Shown: positions 37,959-52,061 of the stretch, piece after piece
Layout: each line of letters starts with the position of its first letter
How positions within the stretch are numbered: the first letter of the stretch is position 1
Source of the DNA: Octopus sinensis
Taxonomy: Eukaryota
Reading direction: 5' to 3'
DNA length: 64,000 nt
Assembly (NCBI RefSeq): GCF_006345805.1
Contig: NC_043003.1
Span: 5,890,001 to 5,954,000 of the forward strand
The notes under the pieces: generated by a model
Told to the model about the DNA's origin: nothing
Seen by the model: the letters and a program-made list of their open reading frames with translations, nothing else
Databases searched by the model: none
Program-made: the position numbers and the translations under genes

Positions 37959-38603
37959 TACACACACACACAAACACACATAGATATTTATGTATTAATT
38001 CAAAATGCTTGATAATTGTTGAGGGACTCACCTTAACCTGAAACCAATGGTAGACTTAACTCATGAAAAAAGAATTTTTATCCACCAATACAGTGTTGAG
38101 CATTCATTTTCACTGTTCGACGTGAATGTATATATGAGTGGGTGTGTGGGGGCGGGGGGTGTTTGTGGGTTTTCATTTCCAGTTGCGTGAATTCTCTCTC
38201 CTAAGCGGGAGCTGGTTCTTAACAAATATACGCTGCTCCATCGTTGAAATGTAAGTTACATTTATGCACGAATACTGCCATATTGTTATACACAGGTTGA
38301 TGTGTTTATGTTTTAGGAAGCTCTATTTTATTTCATTTGTTTTCTGGGTAACAAAAAAATGTTATGAGAATAACGGTATATGGATTTTGTTTTGTAATTT
38401 CTTAGTTTGCAAATGTAAGGCTTTTGGGGGGAATGGGAAGGACAAGGTTCAGATCTTTTGCTGTTTTGTCTCAAGACTGAGCATTCAGCTCTGCCTACAC
38501 CACTTCAATGAACCAAAACTGAAAGAAAAAAAACAGTTCACGTTGGTTGATAGGGAATGAATGAAAGGAAAAAAGGAGAAAAAAATATAAATATATATAT
38601 ATA

Positions 38604-38818
38604 TACTCTTTTACTCTTTTATTTGTTTTAGTCATTTGGCTGCGGTCATGCTGGAGCACCGCCTTTAGTCGATCAAATCGACCCCGGGACTTATTCTTTG
38701 TAAGCCCAGTACTTATTTTATCGGTCTCTTTTGCCGAACCGCTAAGTTACGGGGACGTAAGCATACCAGCATCGGTTGTCAAGCAATGCTAGGGGGACAA
38801 ACACAGACACACACACAA

Positions 38819-38851
<33 letters not shown>

Positions 38852-39023
38852 CATATATACGACAGGCTTCTATCAGTTTCCGTCTACCAAATCCACTCAC
38901 AAGGCATTGGTCGGTCCGGGGCTATAGCAGAAGACACTTGCCCAAGATGCCACGCAGTGGGACTGAACCCGGAACCATGTGGTTGGTTAGCAAGCTACTT
39001 ACCACACAGCCACTCCTGCGCCT
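38604..39023 (-). mobile_element. family-B composite SINE (tRNA head, CORE-like segment, internal microsatellite, CR1-like tail)
   Basis: ggcgcaggagtggctgtgtggtaag head, catcttgggcaagtgtcttct, internal (TA)/(TG), ggcggtgctccagcatgaccgcag and AAAGAGTA-repeat tail. Confidence 0.85.
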
Positions 39024-39929
39024 ATCTAAAAGGTATCTAAAAGAAATAAAATAATTCCAATAAATGCTGCTTTGATGAAATGAAATATTTTATCACATTG
39101 TTTTCTTCTGAAATAATTATTTATATGTTTAAAACTTGATTAATCTTTAGTCTCCTGATCAAATTTCCATTAAAGCTTTCAAGTCCTTCTTCCAAACATC
39201 AGTTTTTTTTACTAAGTTCATTATTTTCCAAATGAACTATTGTTTTTTTTAACAGAGTAACAAAAACAATTTCACATTTTAAATTTGAGAAAAGACTTGC
39301 ACATCTTTACTTTACCACTTACAGATTGTATTTGCAAGGTGCGAGTTAGCTGGTTGATTTCTTTTTCTAAAAACCCTAGCTTATCGCGAGTGTCACTTAA
39401 ACATTTACTTCTAAAACCAAGTGCACCAATTATTATTGGTATAAATGTGAATTTATAATCAACGCGTAGAAGCTGGAGATTTCAAAGCAGTTGTCTATAG
39501 TTAATCTCTTTTCTCTTTGATTTTCAAAGAGTTATTCACATCAGCAGTATAACTGACTTCTATGGCGGTACAGACTTTTTTCTTTTCTTTGCCAGACAAA
39601 AATATCCGGCCTGTTACGTTTACTATTAACAGATGTTTGATGGGAATGTCCCCACGAGTATTCATCGTGTTAATGTTAGTTCATGTATGCTATAACCGAG
39701 AGTTTCTCTATATTCATTCCAAGATTGTCTTTTTTTCCGAATAGCATTATATTTGACAATTGCAGCGTGGAAGGTGTTTATAAGCCATTTAAAAAAACAC
39801 AAAAACCTTTAGATTCACTTAAACATTTTAATTTAATTTGTGTCAAAATATTTTCGTCGCTTTGAAACCGTGACCTGTTCACTGACAAAATTTCGTGCTC
39901 AAACACCTTCCACGCTGAAATTGTTTTTG

Positions 39930-40365
39930 CTTCACTACACAATATTGTCTTATTGTAAAAGAAGAGTTTCGACCTTAGAAGACACTTGTCCAAGATCTCA
40001 CTGCGTGGTACCTTGAGCAAGTGTTTTTTACTATACCCTCGGGCTCACCAAAGCCTTGTGGGCTATTTGGTGAACGGAAACTGAAAGAAGCCCGCCGTAT
40101 ATATATATATATATATATATATACGTATGCATGTATGTATCTACGTGTATTTCTTAGTGTTTGTGCTTTTCCTTCACCACCGCTTGACGATTGGTGTTAA
40201 TGTGATTAACTTAACGGTTTGGCAATAGAACTCGATAGAATAAGTACCTGGTTTAAAAGAAATAAATCCTGGGGTTGATTTGCTCGACTAAAACCCTTCA
40301 AGGTGTTGCCCCAGCATGACCGAAGTCCAATGACTGTTGCGAGTAAAAGATATAAGCTAAAAGAA
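39930..40365 (+). mobile_element. family-B SINE, degenerate, head rearranged
   Basis: accttgagcaagtg..ggaaactgaaagaagcccg, internal (TA)n, gccccagcatgaccgaagtcc..gagtaaaaga. Confidence 0.7.
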
Positions 40366-40429
40366 ATTTCCGAATCCCTAAACATTTCCTGTTCTGTTGT
40401 ATAAGACCTGGAGATAAGATTAGGCAATT

Positions 40430-40474
40430 GTCATACTGATGACGACGACTGAACCGGAAACACGTGTGTATGAC
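40430..40474 (+). ncRNA. minimal type I hammerhead motif with GUG at the cleavage site
   Basis: gtcata-CTGATGA-cg..cg-GAAAC-ACGT-GTG-tatgac; 6-bp stem I; helix III palindrome ACACGTGT. Confidence 0.6.
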
Positions 40475-40735
40475 TGTCCGCTTAACCCTAGACAAAAAAC
40501 ATTCTCTTTCCTTGAAGGCATATCAGTTTTTGAGAGATTCTTGGTCTTAATTGGAATTTCATAATTATGTTACGTCCTCTGGAGACGGAGATCATTTTAA
40601 TTTATCAGAAATTTATATTGTATGGTATGTGGTATACCTGTATTTCTTATTCAAATTCATAGCACTAACAATTTTGAGTTATTTTTCTGAGCTCATTTTT
40701 GCTACATACACACACATACACCACACACTTATGTA

Positions 40736-41170
40736 CAGGGTGGGTGAAAAGTCAGTAGGCATCAAAAATTGGTTATGGAATCCATATTCTTTTTACAAAT
40801 TTACTGAAAAAAATTATACATATTCTTTATTACAAGGCAAAGTGAAAGTAAATGTTCATATTTCAACATAAGCACCGATGGCGTCAACAAGTTTCCTCAA
40901 ACGGCCAAGGATGGAATGAACAAGCATCTGAAAGACCTCGTTTAGGATATCACTAAGAACCCCCAGAATCCGTGTCACCAAGTCTTCCCATTTGCGAGTG
41001 TTTGTCATTGTACATCTCCTCGTTTGTGTAACTCCACAGGTAAAAATCGCATGGAGTGAGATCTGGACTTCTTGGAGTTCTGGATTTCTGGACTTCTCCG
41101 ATCCCAGTCTTCAGGTTTTAGCTCTTGCATCTAATGGGGTTTCCAAGGACGAAAATTCAATTTTTTATGC
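40736..41170 (-). mobile_element. Tc1/mariner (rosa/maT-like) transposon 3' remnant
   Basis: TA|CAGGGTG terminal repeat; PRSPDLTPCDFYLWSY; RLRKLVDAIGAYVEI* (stop 40856-40858). Confidence 0.8.
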
Positions 41171-42007
41171 AACAATTGTGTGTGTGTGTGTGGAGGCCCA
41201 GTGGTCAGGGCAGCGTCATGGTGATTACGGTGATACATACATACATACATACATACATACATACATACATACATACATACATACATACATACATACATAC
41301 ATACATACATACATAAAGTAAGATCAATAAGAGAAGTTCTTTAGCCAGTGAGAGATATCATTGAATGTATACAGTATAAATATAAAAGATGCTAATAGTT
41401 TCTGGCTCTGGAGACACATTGCTAGGCACGTTTATACAACTTACTTTCTGCATGCGAACGATCATCAGTCTCTGCCCTTAAGGTCAGTTGTATTTGAAAA
41501 TCAGGTTGCTGACCCATAAGAGACCACGAGAAAAAAATGAGAAATTAAGAAGGTTGTTGCAAAAATTAGAAGTGTGAAAAAAAAAATGAATGGAAAAGGT
41601 AAAAAAGAGAAAAAAAAGTTAGGAAAGAAAATTCGATTTATGAAACTAGGTGCGGCAGAATAAATCAACGGAGATGTATTTTAGTGGTAAGAATTCCGTC
41701 TGACTTAAATTTTCAGCAAATATGATGTCGATAGAAGAAAGTCGCTGTTTATTACTGGACGTTAACCTGCGATCAGTCTAGAAAGGTCATGCGGTCACAG
41801 TTTGATATTTCAGCGACAGCAATTACTTAGAGATTACAGCATTGTCGGTGACAAACTAGCATCACACTTTAAACGCGGAATGCCTTGGAATTTGAATCGA
41901 CCATTTTGATCCATAAACGTAACTGTCTATATATACTTATATTCATACACACACATACCTATATATATATACACGCACACTCTCTCTCTCACACACACAC
42001 ATACACA

Positions 42008-42103
<96 letters not shown>

Positions 42104-42467
42104 TATATGGAGAGAGAGAGAGAGAGAGAAAGAGTGAGATACATATACATACACATATGCATACATGTCCATATGCATATATATATATAGTTGAAATTTA
42201 CAGAAAGACAAAAGACGAAGACAGAGGTATTAGTTTGACGCTAGGGAAATGAGGAAGTCTTTTACGTTTCGAGCCGACGCTCTTCAACAGAAAGGAACAC
42301 AGGGAAATAAACAGAGAAAGAATAAAAAAAATACTTAGATATATATACACGCATATGCATATGCTTGCATTTATAAACTTGACTCAGACGGAAAGACTTG
42401 CATAAGCGAAAATGCATACAAGCGCACAGGCACAGCCAGTCAGGAGCACGCGCACGCACACACGCAA

Positions 42468-42507
<40 letters not shown>

Positions 42508-42769
42508 GCAAACACATTCTTCCACACCTCCACACTCACATCTTGATAATTAACAGTTTTGTTTGCATTTAACAATTTTCATTATGAAACATCATGAAGT
42601 ATTTTGTTGTTATGTCGTTTATTTATGCTGGAGCATTTCACTTGATCACACCATATCATGTCAAGAAACAAACACACACACTACGTATATATATATATAT
42701 ATTTATTTATTTATTTATATATTTATATATATAAATAAACATATATATAGGTATAACATATTATACATA

Positions 42770-42809
<40 letters not shown>

Positions 42810-43709
42810 TATAACATATTATGCATATGCATATATATATATATGTATATTATATATATATATATATAATATATATATATATTGTATATATATATATAAA
42901 TAGGTATAACATATTATGCATATTATGCATCTATGTTTCTTTATATATATATGTATATATATATAGGTATAACGTATTATACATATGCATATATATATAT
43001 ATACTTATATGTCTATATAAATAAATGTATGTGCATATTAGTGTGTATGTATGCAGGAAAGTTAACTTAAAAGGAAATGAAATAAATATGATAGTGATTG
43101 TTGTGTTCGTGCATGTGTACAGGTAAATACATACATCGCCACACGTGCACGTGCACACGCAATGCAAAGAGAAAGAGAGAGAGAGAGAGAGAGAGGGAAA
43201 GGAAGAGAGCAGGGGAGGGAAACATGCTGAACTAACATAAACTCGCGCACTAAAACCCGCGCGCACGCATGCGCGCATAGATGCACTCGCACACTTGCAC
43301 ATGCGTATAAACAAATTGATAAATGGAAATACATAACGGAGAGGAGGAAGAAAAATTATGGAAACAGAAATGGAAGTCATCGAATAAGGAAAATGAAGTT
43401 CGGAATAATGTGAGGGTGAGAGAGAGAGAGAGGTGGGGAGGGAGACCTGGAGGAAGAGAAGAACAGAAGATGATAAATAGACCGGAATAAGGAACAAAGG
43501 GGAAAAAGAAGAATGAGATAAAAGTGAATGAAAGAGTCAAAGGATGCACGAATGAAAAGACAGAATAAGAAGAAAGAAAATAGGAATTGAAAGAAACTGA
43601 AAGAAGAAATATTTAGAGAAGAGAGAGAGAGAGAGAGAGAGAAAGAGAAGAGAGAGGGAAAGAAAGTGGTTGAGTATTCGGTACAAAACCTCTAAAATTC
43701 TTTTGAAAC

Positions 43710-43710
<1 letters not shown>

Positions 43711-43777
<67 letters not shown>

Positions 43778-43990
43778 ATCAATCTATCTATTTATCTATC
43801 TATCTATATATCTATATATCTATATATCTATCTATGTATATCAATCTATCTATTTATCTATCTATCTATCCGTCTATCTGTTTGTCTGTCAATCTGTCTA
43901 TCTCTCTACCTATCAATGTACATCTATCTATCCGCCTCTCAGTCTGTCTGCCTGTCAATCTGTCTATCTATCTATCTATCTATATATATA
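43711..43990. repeat. (TATC)n/(TGTC)n compound microsatellite
   Basis: Direct reading. Confidence 0.9.
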
Positions 43991-44085
43991 TAGTACAGTG
44001 AGTAATTGTAGTACCACTAAATTGAACTTCTCTCCCCTGTGGACGTGGAAAATTCCCTAATTTTAATATTAATTATATATATATA

Positions 44086-44112
<27 letters not shown>

Positions 44113-44116
<4 letters not shown>

Positions 44117-44975
44117 CCAACGAGTGAAAACATATAAACACACAAGAGATAATTACAGGATAAAACAGCAAAAGAAGATAACTCCCCATCAGCTGTAGGG
44201 GCTGTTTATCACTCCCTATTTCATGATGTTAACGACAATATAGGGAACCCCATAAGACAGCAGCATCCAGAAATTTTTAAAATTGAAAATTCATGGAGAG
44301 CTTCGAATGAATAAATGATGATAGAGTGGGTGTAGAGTGTAATCAATCGACAAAGACAAACATTAAGGGCCGTTAGGCCAAGAAGAATTGTAATGAGTAA
44401 CGCCTGGGAGAAATTTTATGAAGGAAATAGAATAATAGAAGAGAAGGAAATAGTAGAGTAGAATAATTAGTAGAGAAGAAAATAGTAGAAGAAATATATA
44501 GAAGAAAACATGTTGGGAGCCGAGAAAAATGACATCCAACCCGGTGAACGTCTACTGCAGAAAAGATAAGGGCAATAGAAATAGCTTGTAGTCACGTGTG
44601 AGTAACGGAAGCAGAGCGGATGGGAGACAAGAAAAGGGATGAGAGAAAGAAGCAACAGAAGTGAGGAAAAGGGAGAGGGAACGACAGACAGTGGGGAGTG
44701 GAAGAAAAACAGGGGAAGCAAAGAAGATTATAGTGGGATAGAGAAAAAGAAAGAAAAGAGTGGAGTCGCAGAAATTCTATATAAAAGTAAGAACATACTG
44801 TGGTCAAGGCTACGTGGCATTGGATTATGGATGAATGATATATAAAATACACATTGTGTACAGGACATCACCAACGAGTGAAAAATACGTAAGCACATGT
44901 GAGAAAAGTACGGGACAAAATATCAAAAGAAGATAACTACTCATCAGTTGTCTACTGTTTATTACTCCCTATTTC
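44113..44975 (-). repeat. two diverged ~110-bp direct repeats (44113-44225, 44868-44975), possibly tandem PLE pLTR pieces
   Basis: ccaacgagtgaaaa..aaaagaagataact..catcag..tgttt..actccctatttca in both copies; purine-rich spacer. Confidence 0.5.
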
Positions 44976-44978
44976 AAG

Positions 44979-45008
<30 letters not shown>

Positions 45009-45009
<1 letters not shown>

Positions 45010-45195
45010 GGCGCAGGAGTGACTGTGTGGTAAGTAGCTTGCTTACAAACCACATGGTTCCGGGTTCGGTCCCACTGTGTGGCACCTTCTGCAAGTGTTT
45101 TCTACTATAGCCTCGGGCCGACCAAAGCCTTGTGAGTGAATTTGGTTGACGGAAACGGAAAGAAGCCCGTCCTAGATATGTATATATATGTGTGT

Positions 45196-45239
<44 letters not shown>

Positions 45240-45240
45240 A
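45009..45240 (+). mobile_element. family-B SINE 5' half, cut at its internal microsatellite
   Basis: Head matches 38860-39023 (reverse complement); (TG)n abuts the mariner TIR. Confidence 0.85.
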
Positions 45241-45242
45241 TA

Positions 45243-46375
45243 CGAGGTCTGATCAACAAGTATCTGGACTGGTGCTATGAAAAAAAAACTACAATACATA
45301 TCAATTTGGCATTTAATCTCCTTCAAATTCCTCCCCTTCGGAAGCTACACATTTAATCAAATGTAGTTTCCATTGACGGAAGCACTTCTGAGAGTCATTT
45401 TCTGGGATAAGCGGCAGCAACCACATCGCATTCGCTTTCATTTCCTCGATGTCCTGAAATCTTCTTCCTTTCAAGCGGGATTTGATTTTTGGAGAGCGGA
45501 AAATGTCGCATGGGGCGGGATCTGGAACATATGATGGCAGTCGGAACTGGGGAATGCTGTGCCTGGGTAAAAGCACTGCACAAGCTGCGGTGAATGGGCA
45601 AGCGCGTTGTCTCGGTGCAATTGCCACTCACCGGACGCACGCAGTCGTGGACTTTTCCGACGAATAGCTTCCTGCAAATACTGCAAAACGTTACAGTAGT
45701 ACTTCTTCTTTACTGTCTGACCAGCTGGAGCATACTCATGATGAGCACTCACTTTTTAGTTGAAGAAAACGGTCAAGTGTGTCTTCACTTTCCTTCGACT
45801 CATTCATGCTTTTTTCGATCTCAGAGTGTTTGGGGTCTCTCACTGCGAAGAACGAGCCTTTGTTGAGGGGCCATTGCCATCGACCCACGATTCACCACCC
45901 CTTATGACCGTTTTCCCAAAAGTTTTCATTGTTCTCGACACAATCAAGATCTTGTACAACTGAAACCCGAGTGTCTTTTTGTCTCAAACTTGGTAGACAC
46001 GCGTCTCATGTCCAAATCTTCACTGATAATAGACTGAACTGAACCATAAGATATCTGCACATCTTCTAATAACTCACGAATGGTGATTCGACGATTTGCC
46101 CTCACAGCTGCTGGTTGCGGGTCTCCCAGAACGTTCGTCACTATCGACATTTGTCTGGACATCTTGGAAACGTCTCATCCACAATTATGTGCGGCTCATA
46201 CAGGCCACTTCATACACTTTCTGGAACTTTGCGCAGACCTCTGAGCAGGTATCGCCAAGCTTTTGGCAAAATTTGATGCAGATTCTCGGCTCAACTTTCT
46301 CTGTCATGGTCAGTGCGATAATCACACGCTACACATGTTCGTTCTAAGCACTGCTGTCCATAACGGAAGTGATCT
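45243..46375 (-). mobile_element. mariner (DD34D-type) transposon, pseudogenised transposase 46307-45313, one TIR seen
   Basis: MTEKVEPRICIKF, RRITIRE, MRRVSTKF, GQTVKKKYY, W.LH.DNA, YVPDPAPCDIF, LKGRRF, EGEEFEGD*; TA|CGAGGTCTGATCAACAAGTATCTGGAC TIR at 45243. Confidence 0.9.
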
Positions 46376-46437
46376 AGAACGTTAAAATACGTTAAAATAC
46401 ACACGTATGCACACAAACATACATACATGCATGCATA

Positions 46438-46500
46438 GATACAGATAGATAGATAGATAGAGAGAGAGAGAAAGACAGAGAGACAGACAGATAGACAGAC

Positions 46501-46591
<91 letters not shown>

Positions 46592-46672
46592 TAGACAGAC
46601 ATACAGAGAGAGACAGACAAACAGACAGACAGATAGACAGACAGATAGTGAGAGACAGACAGGCAGACAGTC

Positions 46673-46763
<91 letters not shown>

Positions 46764-46790
46764 GATATAGATATAGATATATAGATATAC
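46438..46790. repeat. (GATA)n/(GACA)n compound microsatellite
   Basis: Direct reading. Confidence 0.95.
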
Positions 46791-47071
46791 ATTTCGCTTC
46801 GGCATTGTGAGAGTAATAACCTCATGTAGAACTCAATACACGTGTCATTCAGAGCGAAGAGCCAGACGAGTATAGAGCGGGAAGTAGGAAATGCGATGAA
46901 AACGGAATAAGGGATTATCTTATGAACTTCAATTGCTTAAAGATCTTTCTCTTATTAGATGCAATGCAGTCATAGTCGAACGAGGCTTGAATAACGCCTT
47001 ATGGTTTCCGAATGTTGGTGCTCTGGACTCTAATGTCCGTTTTACTGTTTGTTGTTGTTGTTGATAGGTTT

Positions 47072-47236
47072 CGTTCTCAGTTCAAATTCCGCTGAGGTCG
47101 ACTTTGCCTTTCATCCTATCGGGGTCGATAAATTATGTACCAGTTACGGACTGGGGTCTATGTAATCGACTTAATCCGTTCGTCTGTCCTTGTTTGTCCC
47201 CTCTGTGTTTAGTCCCTTGTGGGTAGTAAAAAAAAT
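47072..47236 (+). mobile_element. family-A SINE, 5'-truncated
   Basis: B box, central domain and tail 1. Confidence 0.85.
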
Positions 47237-48287
47237 ATATTTTACGAAATCTTCCTGCTTCTGCCGGGCATTTCATTCTGGCATATATTAATAATGTAAT
47301 TTTAGATCCATTTCGATGTGCCTTGAACATAGGTCACTTAATGATTTAGTCGAATTTGACCGCTTTCCTATATTGTAATGCGAAAGGTTACACACACACA
47401 TGACCCAACATCATCGCCAGTGTCTTTTATTGTCATTCTTGAGTTTCTTTGAATAGTGTTTTGGGGCAAAAATGTGTAGTTAGAGACAGGCCCAACAAGT
47501 TAAGCCTGCGTTTTGGTTGCGCGTTTAGTGTTAAAAGATACAAACGAGAGCGCCATACTTTTTGCCTTTTTCAATTGAGAGACCTTCTGCTGAGACATCT
47601 TGGAGATTCTGATGTACAATAGACGTATAAAAAGATTTACTCAATTTCCATTTTTTTTTACGTAAGTATTGGTATTTTTGTTCTCTTTTTCCTCTCCTGG
47701 ATTAGCTTCCGAGGAAAAGATCTGCTGTTTGGTTCCACGGAATTTCCTACTAATATTTCATTTTATTTCCACTGTAACAGGTCTTAAAGTTGCGTTTGTT
47801 CACTTAACATAAAATGAATATTTGCCTTCACACAACCGATGCCTAATCGGACCGCAATATTTGAAATCGCCTGAGAGACACTACAGCTAATATTGCTGTT
47901 ATTACTGCCGCAGTCTTCGAATATTAGGAGCGTTTTCAGCCCTTAACCATTCACCAAACTCTTCATTTTCTCCTTCGTTTTCTACATTTATTGTGTGTAA
48001 CGATTATGGTGTTCTTTATTTCTTTGCTATTTCAGTGCTTTATCTTGTCAGAAAATTGTGTGCGGCGGCCATTTTGGATGTGAAAAGGCAATATGCGTAA
48101 ATAAAATTTTGAAACTTTGAGACACAAAGCAAATTTTTCTGTTATCAACCCCCGGGTGCCAAGGACAGGGCTTCTTTAAGCATTTATAGTTCTTGTAAAA
48201 GAACTCCAATGAAAAATTCCATTTCGTAATAGCTGAAGAGATCGTGATTCGAATGAAGAATAAAAAAGACGTTTTCACATTTCGGCA

Positions 48288-48293
48288 CTAATA

Positions 48294-48351
<58 letters not shown>

Positions 48352-48395
48352 TAATAGTAACAATAATAATAACAACAATAATAATAATAATGATG

Positions 48396-48432
<37 letters not shown>

Positions 48433-49079
48433 CAACAATAATAGTAACAATAATAATAACAACAATAATAATAATAATGATGATAATAATAATAATATAA
48501 TAATATAATATATAACAATAATATAACAATATAACAATAATAACAATAATCATAATAAAAATAATCAACAATAATAAATAATAATAATAAAAAAAAAAAA
48601 AAAAAAAAAAACAATAAAAAAAAAATAATAAATAATAAAATATAATAAATAATAATAATAATAAAATAATAATACAACAACAACAATAATAGTAATAATA
48701 AAATAATAATAATATAATAATGATGATAATAATAATAATAATGATGATGATGATGATGATGATGTGTTAGTGTCGGTAATGAAGCAAATAACAATTCAAT
48801 GACTTGCATGCGTCATAAATAATAACAATAACAATAAACAAACAATAAACAATAACAATAACTCCGACAATAAAACAATGACACCAGCAACAATGCTATA
48901 TCGTGTCTCTATATACATATACACGCATACATATGTGTTTGCATGTATAACTATGAGCGTGTACATACATATATATATATACATATATATGTATATATAT
49001 ATATATATGTATGTATATATGTGTATTTATATATGTATATATATGTATGTATATATATGTATATATATGTATATATATG

Positions 49080-49145
<66 letters not shown>

Positions 49146-49289
49146 TATATATATATGTATGTATATATATATGTATATATATACATATATATATGTATAT
49201 ATTTGTATATATATATGTGTATGTGTGTGTATATATGTGTGTATATATATATATACATATATATGTGTATGTGAGTGTGTGTGTGTGTG

Positions 49290-49333
<44 letters not shown>

Positions 49334-49795
49334 AACGTATATGCATAAAACAATATCAATACATAATTATATTTCACCTCATAAATTCATAAATCGCAAA
49401 ATTTCCGAGACTTCTTATCGGATCCATTTCTGAATGTAAATTGCTTTGATAGAAGAATTCCTGGTGGACACTTGTCATAGACGAGATCTAAAAGAGTCAA
49501 AGACACTGCCATTATGATGATACTTTCTCCTCCTGTAATTTACAATTTCGTTATTTGATCATAAAATCAACATTTACTACAACTAGTAGCTAACTATATC
49601 TCTTCTCATCACCATATTTGTGTGTGTGTGTGTGTGTGTGTGTGGCCATCTTTTAGCTTTTCGCCTCATTTTTCCTACACCACTTCCTCCCCCCCCTTAT
49701 ATTTTTGGCTTTGTCTTTTTTTTTTGTTATTTTCTTCCCCCTTTCTACTTGTGGTTTCCTTCTGTTGCTGCTACTTCTTCGTTTCCTTTTTCTTT

Positions 49796-49835
<40 letters not shown>

Positions 49836-50294
49836 CCATCATCAGGATGATCATCATCATCATCGTTGTCATCGTCATCATCATCATCATCAGCAGCAGC
49901 AGCAGCAGCATCATCATCATCATCATCATCAGCATCATCATCATCATCACCATCATCATCACCGTTACCGTCACCATCATCAGTATGATTATCACCATCA
50001 TCACCATCCTCCTCATCATCATCGTCGTCGTCGTCGTCATCGTCGCTATCCTCATCTTGATCATGATCATCATCATCATCATCATTGCACATAAACAATT
50101 CACTCTCCAGCCCTCTTCAATGCCCTAGGTTGACTTCGACATTTTTCTTCTTTTTCTTCTGCATCTAAGTAAATATATTTCTCTTCTCCTTTTGTGTATT
50201 AGAGTATATACCTCTCTATATATATCCTATCACTCTTTGTATGTATGTATGTATGTATGTATGTATACTCACACACATATACACATATATATAT

Positions 50295-50325
<31 letters not shown>

Positions 50326-50492
50326 CACATACATATATATATATATACATACATATATATATATATACACACATATATATATATACATATATATATATAT
50401 ACACATATATATATATACATATATATACATATACAAACATACATATATACATATACATACAAACATACATACATACATACATACATACATAC

Positions 50493-50528
<36 letters not shown>

Positions 50529-50549
50529 TATCTATATATATATATATAT

Positions 50550-50603
<54 letters not shown>

Positions 50604-50774
50604 TATATATTATATATATATTATATATATAATATAATATATATATATATATACTGAAACATATGCCTCATCGTTTTATGTAGTTACATCGAATATGGCC
50701 TGATCTCGTATTTATTTTTTATGAGGAAATCCAATATTGATAATATCGTGAGGAATGGAGAAACATTGTGAATA

Positions 50775-50843
<69 letters not shown>

Positions 50844-50947
50844 AGATGTAGAATTGAATTATGAATGTCATACAGACTCATACCTACACTCAACAACATA
50901 CGCACACACATACACATATACAATATATACAATATATATAATATATA

Positions 50948-51002
<55 letters not shown>

Positions 51003-51050
51003 TATATATATATAATATATATATATACATACATCATACATATATACATA
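48288..51050. repeat. extended simple-repeat zone: (AAT), (TATG), (CAT/CAG), (CATA), (TA), (GA)
   Basis: Direct reading; source of poly-Y/I/H/D ORFs. Confidence 0.9.
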
Positions 51051-51745
51051 CATACACACACGTGGTGTGTGTGTTCAATGTCCTGCTTCAGCGACGATTT
51101 AATCTTCTTTGCACAGAACCCCATCAAGTCTTCGAAAATGATTCAATTTTAAGCCGTTCTCAGACCCAAAATACGGATGACTGAAAACGGAAATAAATTG
51201 CGCAAGAACTTGCTAGTCGTGACGCTGATTAAAGAAGAAATTGGACCAGAATACAAAACAAAAAAAAAACAAGCTATAGCATTTGAAGTTCTTGCTAAGG
51301 TGCATCAAGTGAATTTCCCTTACGATTCTAGTCAAAATCACGCCAGACATGGCCTCTTATCCCGTCTAATACAAAATTTCACCGATGGCTCTGTATTCCC
51401 CAACCTTGAAAATGCATAAATTAAGAGAAGGACGTTATGTGATCAGGACTATGAGATTTCCAGACGAACCTAAGGAGACAGCTTGCCATTCATATGTTGA
51501 CGTGTTGTTCTCATTATAGTCTGATTCCTATTTTAATTTATTTTCATGTTAATTTACACTATTAATTGTTCAATATAACTACTTGTATGTCATCGTCATG
51601 GCTTAACATCCGTCTTCTATGTCGACACGCATTGAACGGTTTGACAGCACCTGCCATATTTACTTTGGCATACTTTCTCTACAGCTGAACATCCTTCTTA
51701 ACGCCAGCAATTTACACAGTATATAACTGTTGCTTTATTTCGTGT

Positions 51746-51952
51746 CAGAACCGTAAGCACGCCGGGCGAAATGCGAAGCCATATTTCGTCTGCCGTTACG
51801 TTCTGAGTGCAAATTCCGCCGAGGTCGACTTTGCCTTTCATCCTTTCGGGGTCGATACATTAGGTACCAGTGACGCACTGGGGTCGATGTAATCGACTTC
51901 ATCCGTTTGTCCTCTCTGTGTTTAGCCCCTTGTGGGTAGAAAAGAAATAGGT
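51746..51952 (+). mobile_element. family-A SINE
   Basis: Head through tail 1, ending aaagaaataggt. Confidence 0.9.
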
Positions 51953-52061
51953 CTTGTTGTTATGTTTGTATAATCTGTCTGCCTCACCAGCAATTTGAAC
52001 GATTGTCCTTTTCCATTCTGCTTCCTTCTTCACTGGCAACACTTACAGCTGAGTCATTAGT

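Noticed and set aside
42749-42990. CRISPR-like repeat/spacer pattern
   Set aside because: Spacers are (TA)n, the context is eukaryotic, and there are no cas genes.
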